A stretch of DNA of 12,500 nt from Chlamydiota bacterium (GCA_037133055.1 JBAXOY010000091.1:1-12500); one strand, 5' to 3'. Shown: positions 1 through 7,710, counted from the stretch's first letter. Notes: generated by a model from the letters alone, not told the origin. Program-made: numbers and translations.

Positions 1-949
1 CGAATCCCCCCGTGTCGTCCCACGGAACGAGCATGCCGTTCTTGCCGGGCACGATCGCATCGCGTATCCCCTCGATGTCGGAGGCGACCACGGGGAGACC
101 CGCGCACCCGCTCTCGAGCGCGACAAGCCCGAACCCCTCGACGTCGCCCTCAACGGGGATGTTCGGCATGACGAACACCGAGGCGAGCCCCATGAGCCCC
201 CGCATGAGATCCGCGGGGGGCTTGCCGGCGAGGAGTACGTGGGGTTCCATGGCGTGCCGCCTGATTTCGGCCTGTATCGCCGCCCGCTCCTTCCCCTCGC
301 CGACGACGAGGTAGAGTATGAGGGGATGCGCGCGTGCGAGCGGGGGGAGCGCCCTGCCGATGAACTGCGCGATTCCCTTCCGCTTCACCAGACGCCCCAC
401 GGTGAGAAGCATGGGGCGGCCCGGATCGACACCCCGCTCACCGAGCCAGAGGAGCGCGGCCTCGCGGTCGGCGGGACTCGGGATATGCGCGGCGGGGTCC
501 ACCCCGTTTGTGATGACGACGCATCGCTCCTCCGGCATTCCGATGGCCAGGCAGAGCGCGCAGGTGTGCCGGCTCACCGCGACGACCCTGTCGAGCCGCC
601 TGAGGCTGAAGCCGATGACCGCACGATAAAAGGGGAACCGGAAGGCGATGTCGCGGCCGTGAACCGTGACGGCGACGGGGCGCGCCAGAATTCGCTTCAG
701 CAGGAGGCCGAGCGGCGCGAGAAGGGCGTCGCCGAGGTAGATCGCGTCGGGCCTGCGGCGCCGGGGGAGGAGCGCGAGGGAGCGGATCAGTGCCCGGGGG
801 AGGAAGAAGGGGAGGAACCACTGCGATCCGCCCCACCGGATCACCGTCGCGTCGGTGTCGCGCGCGAGACGGCGGATGAGCTCGTAGTTCATCGCCTGCA
901 TCCCGCCCACCGACGGCGGGTGTTTCCGGGAAATGCAGAGGAGTTTCAT
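1..949 (-). CDS. Glycosyltransferase family 4 (GT-B fold), 3' end outside the window
   Basis: Not in the ORF track because there is no stop in the window. Manual translation from ATG at 949 gives MKLLCISRKHPPSVGGMQAMNYEL...VTVHGRD...VVAVSRHT...VITNGVD...LLTVGRLVKRKG...YLVVGEG...FVMPNIPVEGDVEGFGLVALESGCAGLPVVASDIEGIRDAI, including the GT4 EGFGLVxLE signature. Confidence 0.93.
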   Translation of the reverse strand, partial: MKLLCISRKHPPSVGGMQAMNYELIRRLARDTDATVIRWGGSQWFLPFFLPRALIRSLALLPRRRRPDAIYLGDALLAPLGLLLKRILARPVAVTVHGRDIAFRFPFYRAVIGFSLRRLDRVVAVSRHTCALCLAIGMPEERCVVITNGVDPAAHIPSPADREAALLWLGERGVDPGRPMLLTVGRLVKRKGIAQFIGRALPPLARAHPLILYLVVGEGKERAAIQAEIRRHAMEPHVLLAGKPPADLMRGLMGLASVFVMPNIPVEGDVEGFGLVALESGCAGLPVVASDIEGIRDAIVPGKNGMLVPWDDTGGF

Positions 950-958
950 GCAAGGGCT

Positions 959-967
959 ATTGTATCA
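959..967 (-). promoter_or_regulatory. Extended -10 element (TG-a-TACAAT) for the glycosyltransferase
   Basis: Minus strand reads TGATACAAT, ending 9 nt upstream of the ATG at 949. Confidence 0.5.
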
Positions 968-996
968 CTTCTGTCCCCCCCGGATAACGCCCGACA

Positions 997-1005
997 TGCT
1001 ACACT
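997..1005 (+). promoter_or_regulatory. Extended -10 element (TG-c-TACACT) for the nucleotidyltransferase/SDR genes
   Basis: TGCTACACT about 60 nt upstream of ATG 1065, divergent from the GT4 promoter. Confidence 0.4.
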
Positions 1006-1064
1006 CTCGATGCGGGACATCAAGGCGCAGCGTCATGAGTGCGCATTGAAACGGAGAGGCGGAT

Positions 1065-1589
1065 ATGACAGGAAAAGATTTTTTTCGCGCGGTAGTCAAC
1101 GGGAAGAAAGATGTTATCGGCCTTATGCTGAAGCTCCTCAAGGACGCCTCGGCTGACTACTGTCTGGTGGGAGGCCTGGCCGTCAACGCATACGTGGAGC
1201 CGGTGGTGAGCCTGGACCTGGACATGGTGGTCATCTCGTCCGGCCTGGAGCCGCTGTGCCGCGCCGCGAGGGCGGCCGGTTTTAGCGTGGAGAGATTCGC
1301 GCGCAGTGTGAACTTGAGCATCCCGGAGTCTGACGTGCGAATCCAGCTTCAGACGGATTCCCGCTACCAGGAATTTATCCCCCGGGCGCGGACGGAGACT
1401 GTCCTTGGCTATACGATGCGCGTCGCTGCGATCGAGGACGTCCTGCAGGGGAAGCTCTGGGCGTATTCCGATGCGACCCGCCGCGGGAGCAAAAGGCAGA
1501 AAGACCTTGCCGATATCATGCGCCTGGTGGAGAGCCGTCCGTCCCTTGCGGCGATGCTGCCTGATGAAGTAACAAGGGCGCTGACATAA
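1065..1589 (+). CDS. Nucleotidyltransferase-fold protein (AbiEii/DUF6036-like), 174 aa
   Basis: YCLVGGLAVNAY...SLDLDMVV (GG plus DxD motif) and C-terminal K...R..KDLADI helix. SD-like GGAGAGG upstream. Confidence 0.75.
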   Translation: MTGKDFFRAVVNGKKDVIGLMLKLLKDASADYCLVGGLAVNAYVEPVVSLDLDMVVISSGLEPLCRAARAAGFSVERFARSVNLSIPESDVRIQLQTDSRYQEFIPRARTETVLGYTMRVAAIEDVLQGKLWAYSDATRRGSKRQKDLADIMRLVESRPSLAAMLPDEVTRALT

Positions 1590-1608
1590 GGTTGGACAGA
1601 GGCCATCC

Positions 1609-2439
1609 ATGAGAAATCTTGACGGGAAGATCGCCGTCGTGACCGGGGCGAGCCGGGGAGTGGGGCGTGGGATCGCCCTCGCGCTCGGGGAAGAGGGGGC
1701 GACCGTGTATGTTACGGGGCGAAGTTCCGGGAGGAGCAGAACGGAGGGCATCCCGGGGACGGTCGAGGAGACGGCCGCGGCCGTCACGGAGAGGGGAGGG
1801 GAAGGGATCCCGGTCCGCTGCGATCACACGGCGGATGCCGAGGTTGAAACGCTGTTCGAACGCGTGAAGGGGGAGCAGGGCCGGATCGACCTTCTGGTCA
1901 ACAATGTCTGGGGAGGATACGAGCGGCACGATCTCAAGGGTTTCCTCGCGCCATTCTGGGAGCAGCCGATGAGGCACTGGAACGGGATGTTCGTCGCCGG
2001 GGTCCGGGCGCACCTCGCGGCGAGCCGCCTCGCCGCGCCGCTGATGCTCCCGGCAAAAAAGGGGCTCATCATTCACACCACCGCGTGGGACCGGGAGAAG
2101 TATCTGGGAAACGTCTTCTACGATGTCGCGAAGGCCGCGGTGAACAGGATGGCGTTCGGAATGGCGCGGGATCTCCGGACGCACGGCATCGCGGTCGTGG
2201 CGCTCGCGCCGGGGTTCGTGAAGACCGAGCGGGTCATGGCCGCTTTTGCCGGCGCGGCCGAGGTACCCGAGGCGCTCGAGTCGCCCGAGTACGTCGGGCG
2301 AGCCGTCGTCGCCCTCGCCTCCGACCCGGGGGTTATGGAGAAGTCGGGCCGCGTTCTCACGGCGGGCGAATGCGCCGCGGAGTACGGATTCAGCGACATC
2401 GACGACAGGCGGCTCCCGCCGTTCCGGATAGAGCCCTGA
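1609..2439 (+). CDS. SDR family NAD(P)-dependent oxidoreductase (DHRS1-like)
   Basis: TGASRGVG glycine motif, IDLLVNN, catalytic YDVAK (YxxxK), APGFVKTE. GAGG RBS upstream. Confidence 0.95.
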   Translation: MRNLDGKIAVVTGASRGVGRGIALALGEEGATVYVTGRSSGRSRTEGIPGTVEETAAAVTERGGEGIPVRCDHTADAEVETLFERVKGEQGRIDLLVNNVWGGYERHDLKGFLAPFWEQPMRHWNGMFVAGVRAHLAASRLAAPLMLPAKKGLIIHTTAWDREKYLGNVFYDVAKAAVNRMAFGMARDLRTHGIAVVALAPGFVKTERVMAAFAGAAEVPEALESPEYVGRAVVALASDPGVMEKSGRVLTAGECAAEYGFSDIDDRRLPPFRIEP

Positions 2440-2499
2440 CACCCTGCTCATATATCCGGGGCCGGTTTCGTCGGGGAGGAGGGGGAGGCCTCCGGGTGG

Positions 2500-2631
2500 G
2501 AAGGGTGTGAAAGGTGCGAAGGGTGTGAAGGGTGTGAAGGGTGTGAAAGGTGCGAAGGGTGTGAAGGGTGTGAAGGGCGTGAAGGGTGTGAAGGGTAAGA
2601 AGGGTGAGAAGGGTGTGAAGGGTGTGAAGGG
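2500..2631 (+). repeat. 9-bp tandem array, consensus GAAGGGTGT, 14 full units plus a partial unit
   Basis: Units from 2500: GAAGGGTGT, GAAAGGTGC, GAAGGGTGT x3, GAAAGGTGC, GAAGGGTGT x2, GAAGGGCGT, GAAGGGTGT, GAAGGGTAA, GAAGGGTGA, GAAGGGTGT x2, then GAAGGG. 2500-2535 equals 2536-2571 (36-bp higher-order duplication). Ends 8 nt before ATG 2640. Confidence 0.98.
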
Positions 2632-2639
2632 GGGAGGGG

Positions 2640-3158
2640 ATGAAGAGTGAAGAGGGCGGAAAGGAAAAGGCGGCTTCGTCCTTTGAAGAACTGCACATCT
2701 ACCAGCGGGCGCGTGAGCTGACGAACGCGGTGTATGCGCTGACGCGCCAGGAGCCATTCAGTTGCGATCGCGGCCTGGTGGACCAGATTCGCCGCGCCTC
2801 CGTCTCGATCATGTCGAATATCGCCGAAGGGTTCGAGCGCGGCGCAAAGGCGGAGTTCATCCAGTTCCTCTACATCGCCAAGGGCTCCTGCGGGGAGGTC
2901 CGCGCACAGTTTCAGGTCGCGAGGGACCAGCAGTACCTCGACGCGGCCAACTATGACCGCGCGCACGACCTCGCCCGGCGCGTGAGCGGCATGATCTCCA
3001 ACTTCATCGCCCACCTCCAGAAAACGGAATATCAGGGTGAAAAGTACTCCCGTCCCCGACGCCAGCACGCCGCCGCCCAGCAGGAGAGGGTAGACGCGCT
3101 GCGCGCCGCGCAGCTCGCCAGCATTCATGCGCGGGAAGAGAGGGAGAAAACGTTATAA
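2640..3158 (+). CDS. Four-helix-bundle protein (23S rRNA intervening-sequence protein / Avd-like family)
   Basis: SFEELHIYQRARELTNAVY...DRGLVDQIRRASVSIMSNIAEGFERG...EFIQFLYIAKGSCGEVRAQ...DQQYL is the family signature (SxxxNIAEG, FLxIAKGSxxE). GGAGG RBS upstream. Confidence 0.93.
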   Translation: MKSEEGGKEKAASSFEELHIYQRARELTNAVYALTRQEPFSCDRGLVDQIRRASVSIMSNIAEGFERGAKAEFIQFLYIAKGSCGEVRAQFQVARDQQYLDAANYDRAHDLARRVSGMISNFIAHLQKTEYQGEKYSRPRRQHAAAQQERVDALRAAQLASIHAREEREKTL

Positions 3159-3200
3159 AGGTGAGAAGGGTGTGAAGGGTTAGAAGGGTGTGAAGGGTGG
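3156..3200 (+). repeat. 9-bp tandem array of the same family, 5 units, starting on the stop codon of the four-helix-bundle gene
   Basis: TAAAGGTGA, GAAGGGTGT, GAAGGGTTA, GAAGGGTGT, GAAGGGTGG. Confidence 0.95.
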
Positions 3201-3286
3201 CACGCTCAATCATGCCACGCCCCACGCCCGGCCCGTCGCTCTCCACCCATGTTTCGGCCGCGCCTCCGGTTTTCCGCTGTCGTGTT

Positions 3287-3320
3287 TCTCCCTTCTTACC
3301 CTTCACACCCTTCGCACTTC
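3287..3320 (-). repeat. Inverted copy of the 9-bp array, 3 units plus a partial unit, containing the dnaE2 stop codon
   Basis: Minus strand reads GAAGTGC GAAGGGTGT GAAGGGTAA GAAGGGAGA. The dnaE2 TGA is at 3305-3303. Confidence 0.9.
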
Positions 3321-6300
3321 GCGGGGTGTCGAGGCACACAGCCTCAGCCGGTCCACCTTGAGAACGACAACCCCTCCGTCGTCCTCCGCGATCCCCCGCA
3401 CCGCGAAGGCCCCCGGCGATTTCAGGAGATGCCCGAAGCGGGTGTATGCCGAGGGGAAGAGAACGGCCTCGAAGAGGGCGGTCGTGTCCTCGAACGTGAG
3501 GAACCGCATATACTCCCCCTTCGACGTCCTCACGCGCTTCGTGCAGACGATCCATCCGACGAGCTCGACGCGCCTTCCCGCATGGCGCCCGAGCCCGTCC
3601 GCCCTGATGAAGCCGGCGGGGAGCGCCGCCCCGACCGCCTCGATCGGGTGCCGGGAGACGTACGCGCCGAGGATTTCCCGCTCGAGCTCCATCCCGGTCC
3701 GCGTGTCGTAGTCCGGGATGCGTGGAACCGGAGATCCGGGGAGCCGGAGAGTCGGGGAGTCGGAGAAGGGAAGAAAAGGCGTGTGGGCGTGCGGGCGTGT
3801 GGGCGTGTGGGCGTGAGAGAAGATGGAAGGAGTGACGGCATGCGGGCGTGGCGGCGTGGCGGCGCTACGGAAGAGCGGAGATTCATCGGGACCGCGCCCG
3901 GCGGTGTCCATCAGATACAGTTCGCAGAGCATTTCGGGGCGGGATCCGCCGAGGCCGTCGCACGCGCCGCACAGAATGAGCCTCTCGGCCTCGCGCCTGT
4001 CGGGGGCGGCGCGGCGGCAGAAATCCTCGAGCGAGGCGAACGGTCCCTCCCTCCCCCGCGCCGCGACAATCCTCGCCGCCGTCTTTGACCCGAGGCCCCC
4101 CACCTGCGCGAGCCCCGCCTGGATCCAGCCGGGCCCCGCGCGAAACGCCGCAGCGCTCGCGTTCACGTGCGGCGGGAGGACCTTCAGCCCGAGACGGCGC
4201 GCCTCGTCGAGGTAGCCCTGCGTGTCGTAGAAGCCGCCCCCGTTCGAGAGGACCGCCGCCATGAACTCCGCCGGCCAGTGCGCCTTGAGGAACGCGACCT
4301 GCCACGAGAGGAGCGCGAACGAGGCGCTGTGCGCCTTGCAGAAGGCGTAGCCGGCGAAGCTCTCGATCTGGCGCCATATCTCGGAGGCCGCCTCCCCCGG
4401 TATGCCGCGCGCCGCCGCGGCGGCCTCGAACCTTGCCCGGGCCTCGTCCATGGCTTTGCGGGAGCGCATCGCGCCGCTCATCGCCCGCCTCAGGAGGTCG
4501 GCCTCCGCGAGCGTCATGCCGGCCACACAGTGCGCGACCCGCATCACGTCCTCCTGGTAGATCATCACGCCGTGCGTCTCGGCGAGGATCTTCTCCATGC
4601 CGGGGTGCAGGAATACCGTCTTTTCCCTTCCCCGGTGCCGGTCGATGTATTGCCGCATCATCCCGCTCTCCGCCACGCCGGGCCGGATGACGGAGCTCGC
4701 CGCGACGAGGTCCTGGTAGGTCGCGACGTCGAGTTTCCGGAGGAGCTGCCGCATCCCCGGGCTCTCGATATAGAAGCAGCCCATTGTCTTCCCCTCCCGG
4801 ATAAGCGACACGGTGGCATTGTCGCGGAAGAGCGTCCGAACGTTCCCGACCGCCGGCCGCGCTCCGCGGTTCGCCTCGATCATCGCGAGCGCGTCCTCGA
4901 GCACCGCGAGCGAGCGCTGGCCGAGGAGGTCCATCTTCACGAGCCCGAGTTCTCTCGCCGCGCGCATCTCGCACTGCGTGACCGTGACCCCCTTCGCGGC
5001 GGGCTCCAGCGGGATGACCCGCGTGAGCGGGAACGGCGCGACCACGATGCCGCCGGAGTGCACGCCGAGGTGACGCGGGAAACCGTCGATCGCTGCGGCG
5101 AGACGGATGACGGTGCGGAGCGGCTCGCGGGAAAGGGGGAGGTCGCGGCACTCGGGGAGGAGCTTCACCGCGGCCGGGATCGAGGCGGCGTCCGTGTGGG
5201 GGAGATGCCGGGTCCACCGGTCGATCTCGGCCGCCGGGACGCCCAGCGCCTTCCCGATCTCCCGCACGGCGGAGCGCGCGGTGAAGGTGACGTGCGTCGA
5301 GAGCATCGCCGTGCGGTCCGCGCCGTACTTCGCGTAGACGTAGTCGAGGATCTCGTCGCGCCGTTTCCAACTGAAGTCGAGGTCGATGTCCGGCGGGGAA
5401 TGCCGCGCGGGGTTCAGGAATCGCTCGAAATACAGGTTGTGCCGGAGCGGGTCCACGTGCGTGATCCCGAGGCAGTAGGCGGCGATGGAGCCCGCCGCCG
5501 ACCCGCGCCCGATCACGGGGACGCCGCGCCGGTTCGCCTCCCGGACGATGTCGTGGACGACGAGAAAGTAGGAGTCGAAGCCGAGCCGCCCGATCAGTTC
5601 GAGCTCGCGCCGCGCACGCGCGCGGGCGGCGAGCGCGGGCGCGCGGTAGCGCGCCGCAAGCCCTTCGAGGCAGAGGGCGCGGAGTCTGTCCCCCGCCGTC
5701 TCCCCGTCGGGCAGGTCGAGGCGGGGCAGGTGGAATCTCCCGAGGGGAAGTTCCAGTCTGCACTCCGCGGCGATGAGCCCCGCGTGCGCCGTCGCCTCGG
5801 GGAACCCGGAGAAGATACGCCGCATCTCCGCGCCGCTCCGCATCCATGCGCCGGGGGGGGGCAGCGCCCCCGGGGGGAGGGTCCCGACGGTCGCGCGCGT
5901 CCTGATAGCCGCGAGGACCATGTGCGCCTCGCGGCTATCAGGGGAGGCGAAGAGGACGGGGCCGGTGGCGACGGGCAGTACGCGCAGACGCGCGGCGAGG
6001 CGGGCGAGCGCGGCGATGCGCGGAGGGCCGTTGGCGGCGGGCACCTCGAGGTAGACGCCCGGGGGGGGCGCCCCGCGGGGGAGAAGCCGGAGCAGCCGGC
6101 CGGCGGGGAGTAGGATGAAGAGGTCGGGGTCTCCGGCGCTCAGGAGCGCGCGGAGGAGGGGAGGGAAGGCCGCATCCCCGCGCCCGGGCTCCGCGAAGAG
6201 CCTCTTCCCTGACAGGTGAAAGGAGGTCACCAGCCCGCAGAGCTTTTGATACCCCTGGAGGTTCCGGGCGAGGAGGACGAGCCGCGCATCTTCGCCCCGG

Positions 6301-6503
6301 AGCTCCGCTCCGATGATCGGCGTAATCCCCGCGGCCCGCGCGGCCAGATAGAACGGCACGGCGCCGTAGAGCCCGTTCGTGTCGGTGAGGGCAAGGGCTT
6401 TCATCCCGAGCGCGGAGGCGCGGGCCACGAGGTCGCCGATGTCGCTCGCCCCCTCGAGGAAAGAGTGGTTGCTGTGGCAGTGAAGATGGGCGAAGTTATC
6501 CAT
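3303..6503 (-). CDS. dnaE2: DNA polymerase III alpha subunit, error-prone DnaE2-type, 1066 aa
   Basis: PHP start HLHCHSNHSFLEG, GRGSAAGS, FERFLNP, catalytic PDIDLDF and KMDLLG, YAFCKAHS, HhH, C-terminal OB fold (RFLTFEDTT). No tau-binding C-terminal domain. PHP ligands degenerate (TDT, ATGPVLF). Follows lexA-dinB with an 8-bp overlap (ATGGATAA). Confidence 0.9.
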   Translation of the reverse strand: MDNFAHLHCHSNHSFLEGASDIGDLVARASALGMKALALTDTNGLYGAVPFYLAARAAGITPIIGAELRGEDARLVLLARNLQGYQKLCGLVTSFHLSGKRLFAEPGRGDAAFPPLLRALLSAGDPDLFILLPAGRLLRLLPRGAPPPGVYLEVPAANGPPRIAALARLAARLRVLPVATGPVLFASPDSREAHMVLAAIRTRATVGTLPPGALPPPGAWMRSGAEMRRIFSGFPEATAHAGLIAAECRLELPLGRFHLPRLDLPDGETAGDRLRALCLEGLAARYRAPALAARARARRELELIGRLGFDSYFLVVHDIVREANRRGVPVIGRGSAAGSIAAYCLGITHVDPLRHNLYFERFLNPARHSPPDIDLDFSWKRRDEILDYVYAKYGADRTAMLSTHVTFTARSAVREIGKALGVPAAEIDRWTRHLPHTDAASIPAAVKLLPECRDLPLSREPLRTVIRLAAAIDGFPRHLGVHSGGIVVAPFPLTRVIPLEPAAKGVTVTQCEMRAARELGLVKMDLLGQRSLAVLEDALAMIEANRGARPAVGNVRTLFRDNATVSLIREGKTMGCFYIESPGMRQLLRKLDVATYQDLVAASSVIRPGVAESGMMRQYIDRHRGREKTVFLHPGMEKILAETHGVMIYQEDVMRVAHCVAGMTLAEADLLRRAMSGAMRSRKAMDEARARFEAAAAARGIPGEAASEIWRQIESFAGYAFCKAHSASFALLSWQVAFLKAHWPAEFMAAVLSNGGGFYDTQGYLDEARRLGLKVLPPHVNASAAAFRAGPGWIQAGLAQVGGLGSKTAARIVAARGREGPFASLEDFCRRAAPDRREAERLILCGACDGLGGSRPEMLCELYLMDTAGRGPDESPLFRSAATPPRPHAVTPSIFSHAHTPTRPHAHTPFLPFSDSPTLRLPGSPVPRIPDYDTRTGMELEREILGAYVSRHPIEAVGAALPAGFIRADGLGRHAGRRVELVGWIVCTKRVRTSKGEYMRFLTFEDTTALFEAVLFPSAYTRFGHLLKSPGAFAVRGIAEDDGGVVVLKVDRLRLCASTPREVRRV
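3729..3867 (+). repeat. Two families of 8-bp tandem repeats inside the dnaE2 coding sequence
   Basis: CGGRGAGY-type x5 at 3729-3768 (CGGAGATC CGGGGAGC CGGAGAGT CGGGGAGT CGGAGAAG). GGGCGTGT-type x5 at 3777-3816. Degenerate CGGCATGC GGGCGTGG CGGCGTGG CGGCGCTA at 3836-3867. Confidence 0.85.
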
Positions 6504-7677
6504 GCGAAGGCGATATACGCAGCAGCGCCGTCCCCCCGGCGATCGCCCCGTCGCCGTACCGGTCCCGGATACGGTCCATCGCCGCGTAGAGGCTTTTGCG
6601 TCTGCCCCGGTCCGGGCCGCCGAACGGCAAGGCGGGCTGCCATCCGCTCCCGGCGAGGCCCGAGAGGCGGACGCCGACTAGGCGCAGCTTCAGCCTGCGC
6701 GTCCATGCGTTCCCGAGGAGTTCCCCGGCGGCCGAGAAGACCTCTCCGTCCATGTCGGTCGGCTCGCGGAGCGTGACGGAGCGGGTGACGGTCTGGAAAT
6801 CCGCGTAGCGGAGCTTGAGCGTCACGGTCCGCGCCTGAGTCCCCGCCCCGCGGAGAGACCGGCAGGCGCTTCCCGCGAGCTTCCCGAGTTCGGCCAGTAT
6901 CCTCTCCCGGTCGAGGATGTCCCCGGGAAAGGTGACCTCGCGGCTCACGGACTTCGACCCGGCGGGCGACGTCACCGGGGATGCGTCTTCGCCCCGCGCC
7001 GCCCGCGCCAGCCACGCCCCGGCCGGGCCGAGCGCGGCGGTGAGTATCCGCTCGCCGAGCAGGCGGAGATCGCCGACCGTGGCGGCGCCGAGGAGGCGGA
7101 GCCGCTCCCCCGCGCGGGGACCGACGCCGGGGATGGACCGGACGGGGAGCGGCGCGAGGAATGCCTCTTCGCGTCCGGGGAGCACCCGGCAGATGCCGTT
7201 CGGCTTTGCGCAGGCCGAGGCGATCCGCGCCACGAGCTTGTTCGATGCGACGCCGATGGATGCGTCGAGCTTCAGGTCCCTCCTGATCTCGTGGTGGATC
7301 CGCTCCGCGGCGGAGAACGGGTGACCGAAGAGGGCGCGGCAGCCGGTCATGTCGAGGTAGGCCTCCTCCATGGAGAGGGGCTCCACGTCGGGCGTGAAGC
7401 GCTCGAGCGTCTGGAAGAGCCCGGCCGATACGGCCGCGTAGTCGCCGAAGCGGAGGGGGAGGAAGACGCAGTCGGGGCAGAGCCTCTTCGCCCGGGCGAG
7501 CGGCATCGCGGCGCGGACGCCCCGCCGGCGCGCCTCGTAGGAGGCCGAGGAGACCACCCCGCGGCGGGCCGGGTCGCCCCCGACGGCGACCGGGCGCCCC
7601 TTCAGCCACGGCCGCCGGAGCAGCTCGACCGAGACGAAGAACGCGTCCACGTCCAGGTGCAGTATGACGCGCTCCAT
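6496..7677 (-). CDS. dinB: Y-family DNA polymerase IV (DinB)-like protein, possibly catalytically impaired
   Basis: ILHLDVDAFFVSVE, SSASYEARRRGV, LSMEEAYLD, KPNG, IPGVG, TVTLKLRYADF, RLVGVRLS, clamp-motif-like QPALPF and C-terminal MDRIRDRYG. Start set at ATG 7677 (AAGGA 8 nt upstream) rather than 7698. Confidence 0.92.
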   Translation of the reverse strand: MERVILHLDVDAFFVSVELLRRPWLKGRPVAVGGDPARRGVVSSASYEARRRGVRAAMPLARAKRLCPDCVFLPLRFGDYAAVSAGLFQTLERFTPDVEPLSMEEAYLDMTGCRALFGHPFSAAERIHHEIRRDLKLDASIGVASNKLVARIASACAKPNGICRVLPGREEAFLAPLPVRSIPGVGPRAGERLRLLGAATVGDLRLLGERILTAALGPAGAWLARAARGEDASPVTSPAGSKSVSREVTFPGDILDRERILAELGKLAGSACRSLRGAGTQARTVTLKLRYADFQTVTRSVTLREPTDMDGEVFSAAGELLGNAWTRRLKLRLVGVRLSGLAGSGWQPALPFGGPDRGRRKSLYAAMDRIRDRYGDGAIAGGTALLRISPSHG

Positions 7678-7710
7678 AGTAAATATCCTTTTCACCACGG
7701 CAAGAATTGG

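Noticed and set aside
12..1156. Track ORFs 12-314, 239-1156, 318-629 and 438-953
   Set aside because: Shadow frames of the minus-strand GT4 gene, which carries clear family motifs.
2500..2631. CRISPR array
   Set aside because: Contiguous 9-bp units with no unique spacers and no cas genes in the window.
1516..2757. 413-aa minus-strand ORF with (PFT)n repeats, and other ORFs crossing the array (2390-2698, 2448-3128)
   Set aside because: Antisense shadows of the SDR and four-helix-bundle genes. The peptide repeats are just translations of the 9-mer.
2440..3290. Terminal inverted repeats around the intact four-helix-bundle locus like those at 8395/8594
   Set aside because: Only short chance-level matches found (e.g. 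CTGCTCA at 2444-2450) with no partner on the right side.
2640..3320. Diversity-generating retroelement or 23S rRNA intervening sequence
   Set aside because: No reverse transcriptase, no TR/VR pair with adenine-specific mismatches and no rRNA sequence in the window.
3713..3867. Intein in DnaE
   Set aside because: Too short, no N-terminal Cys/Ser block or His-Asn end, and explained by DNA-level 8-mer repeats.
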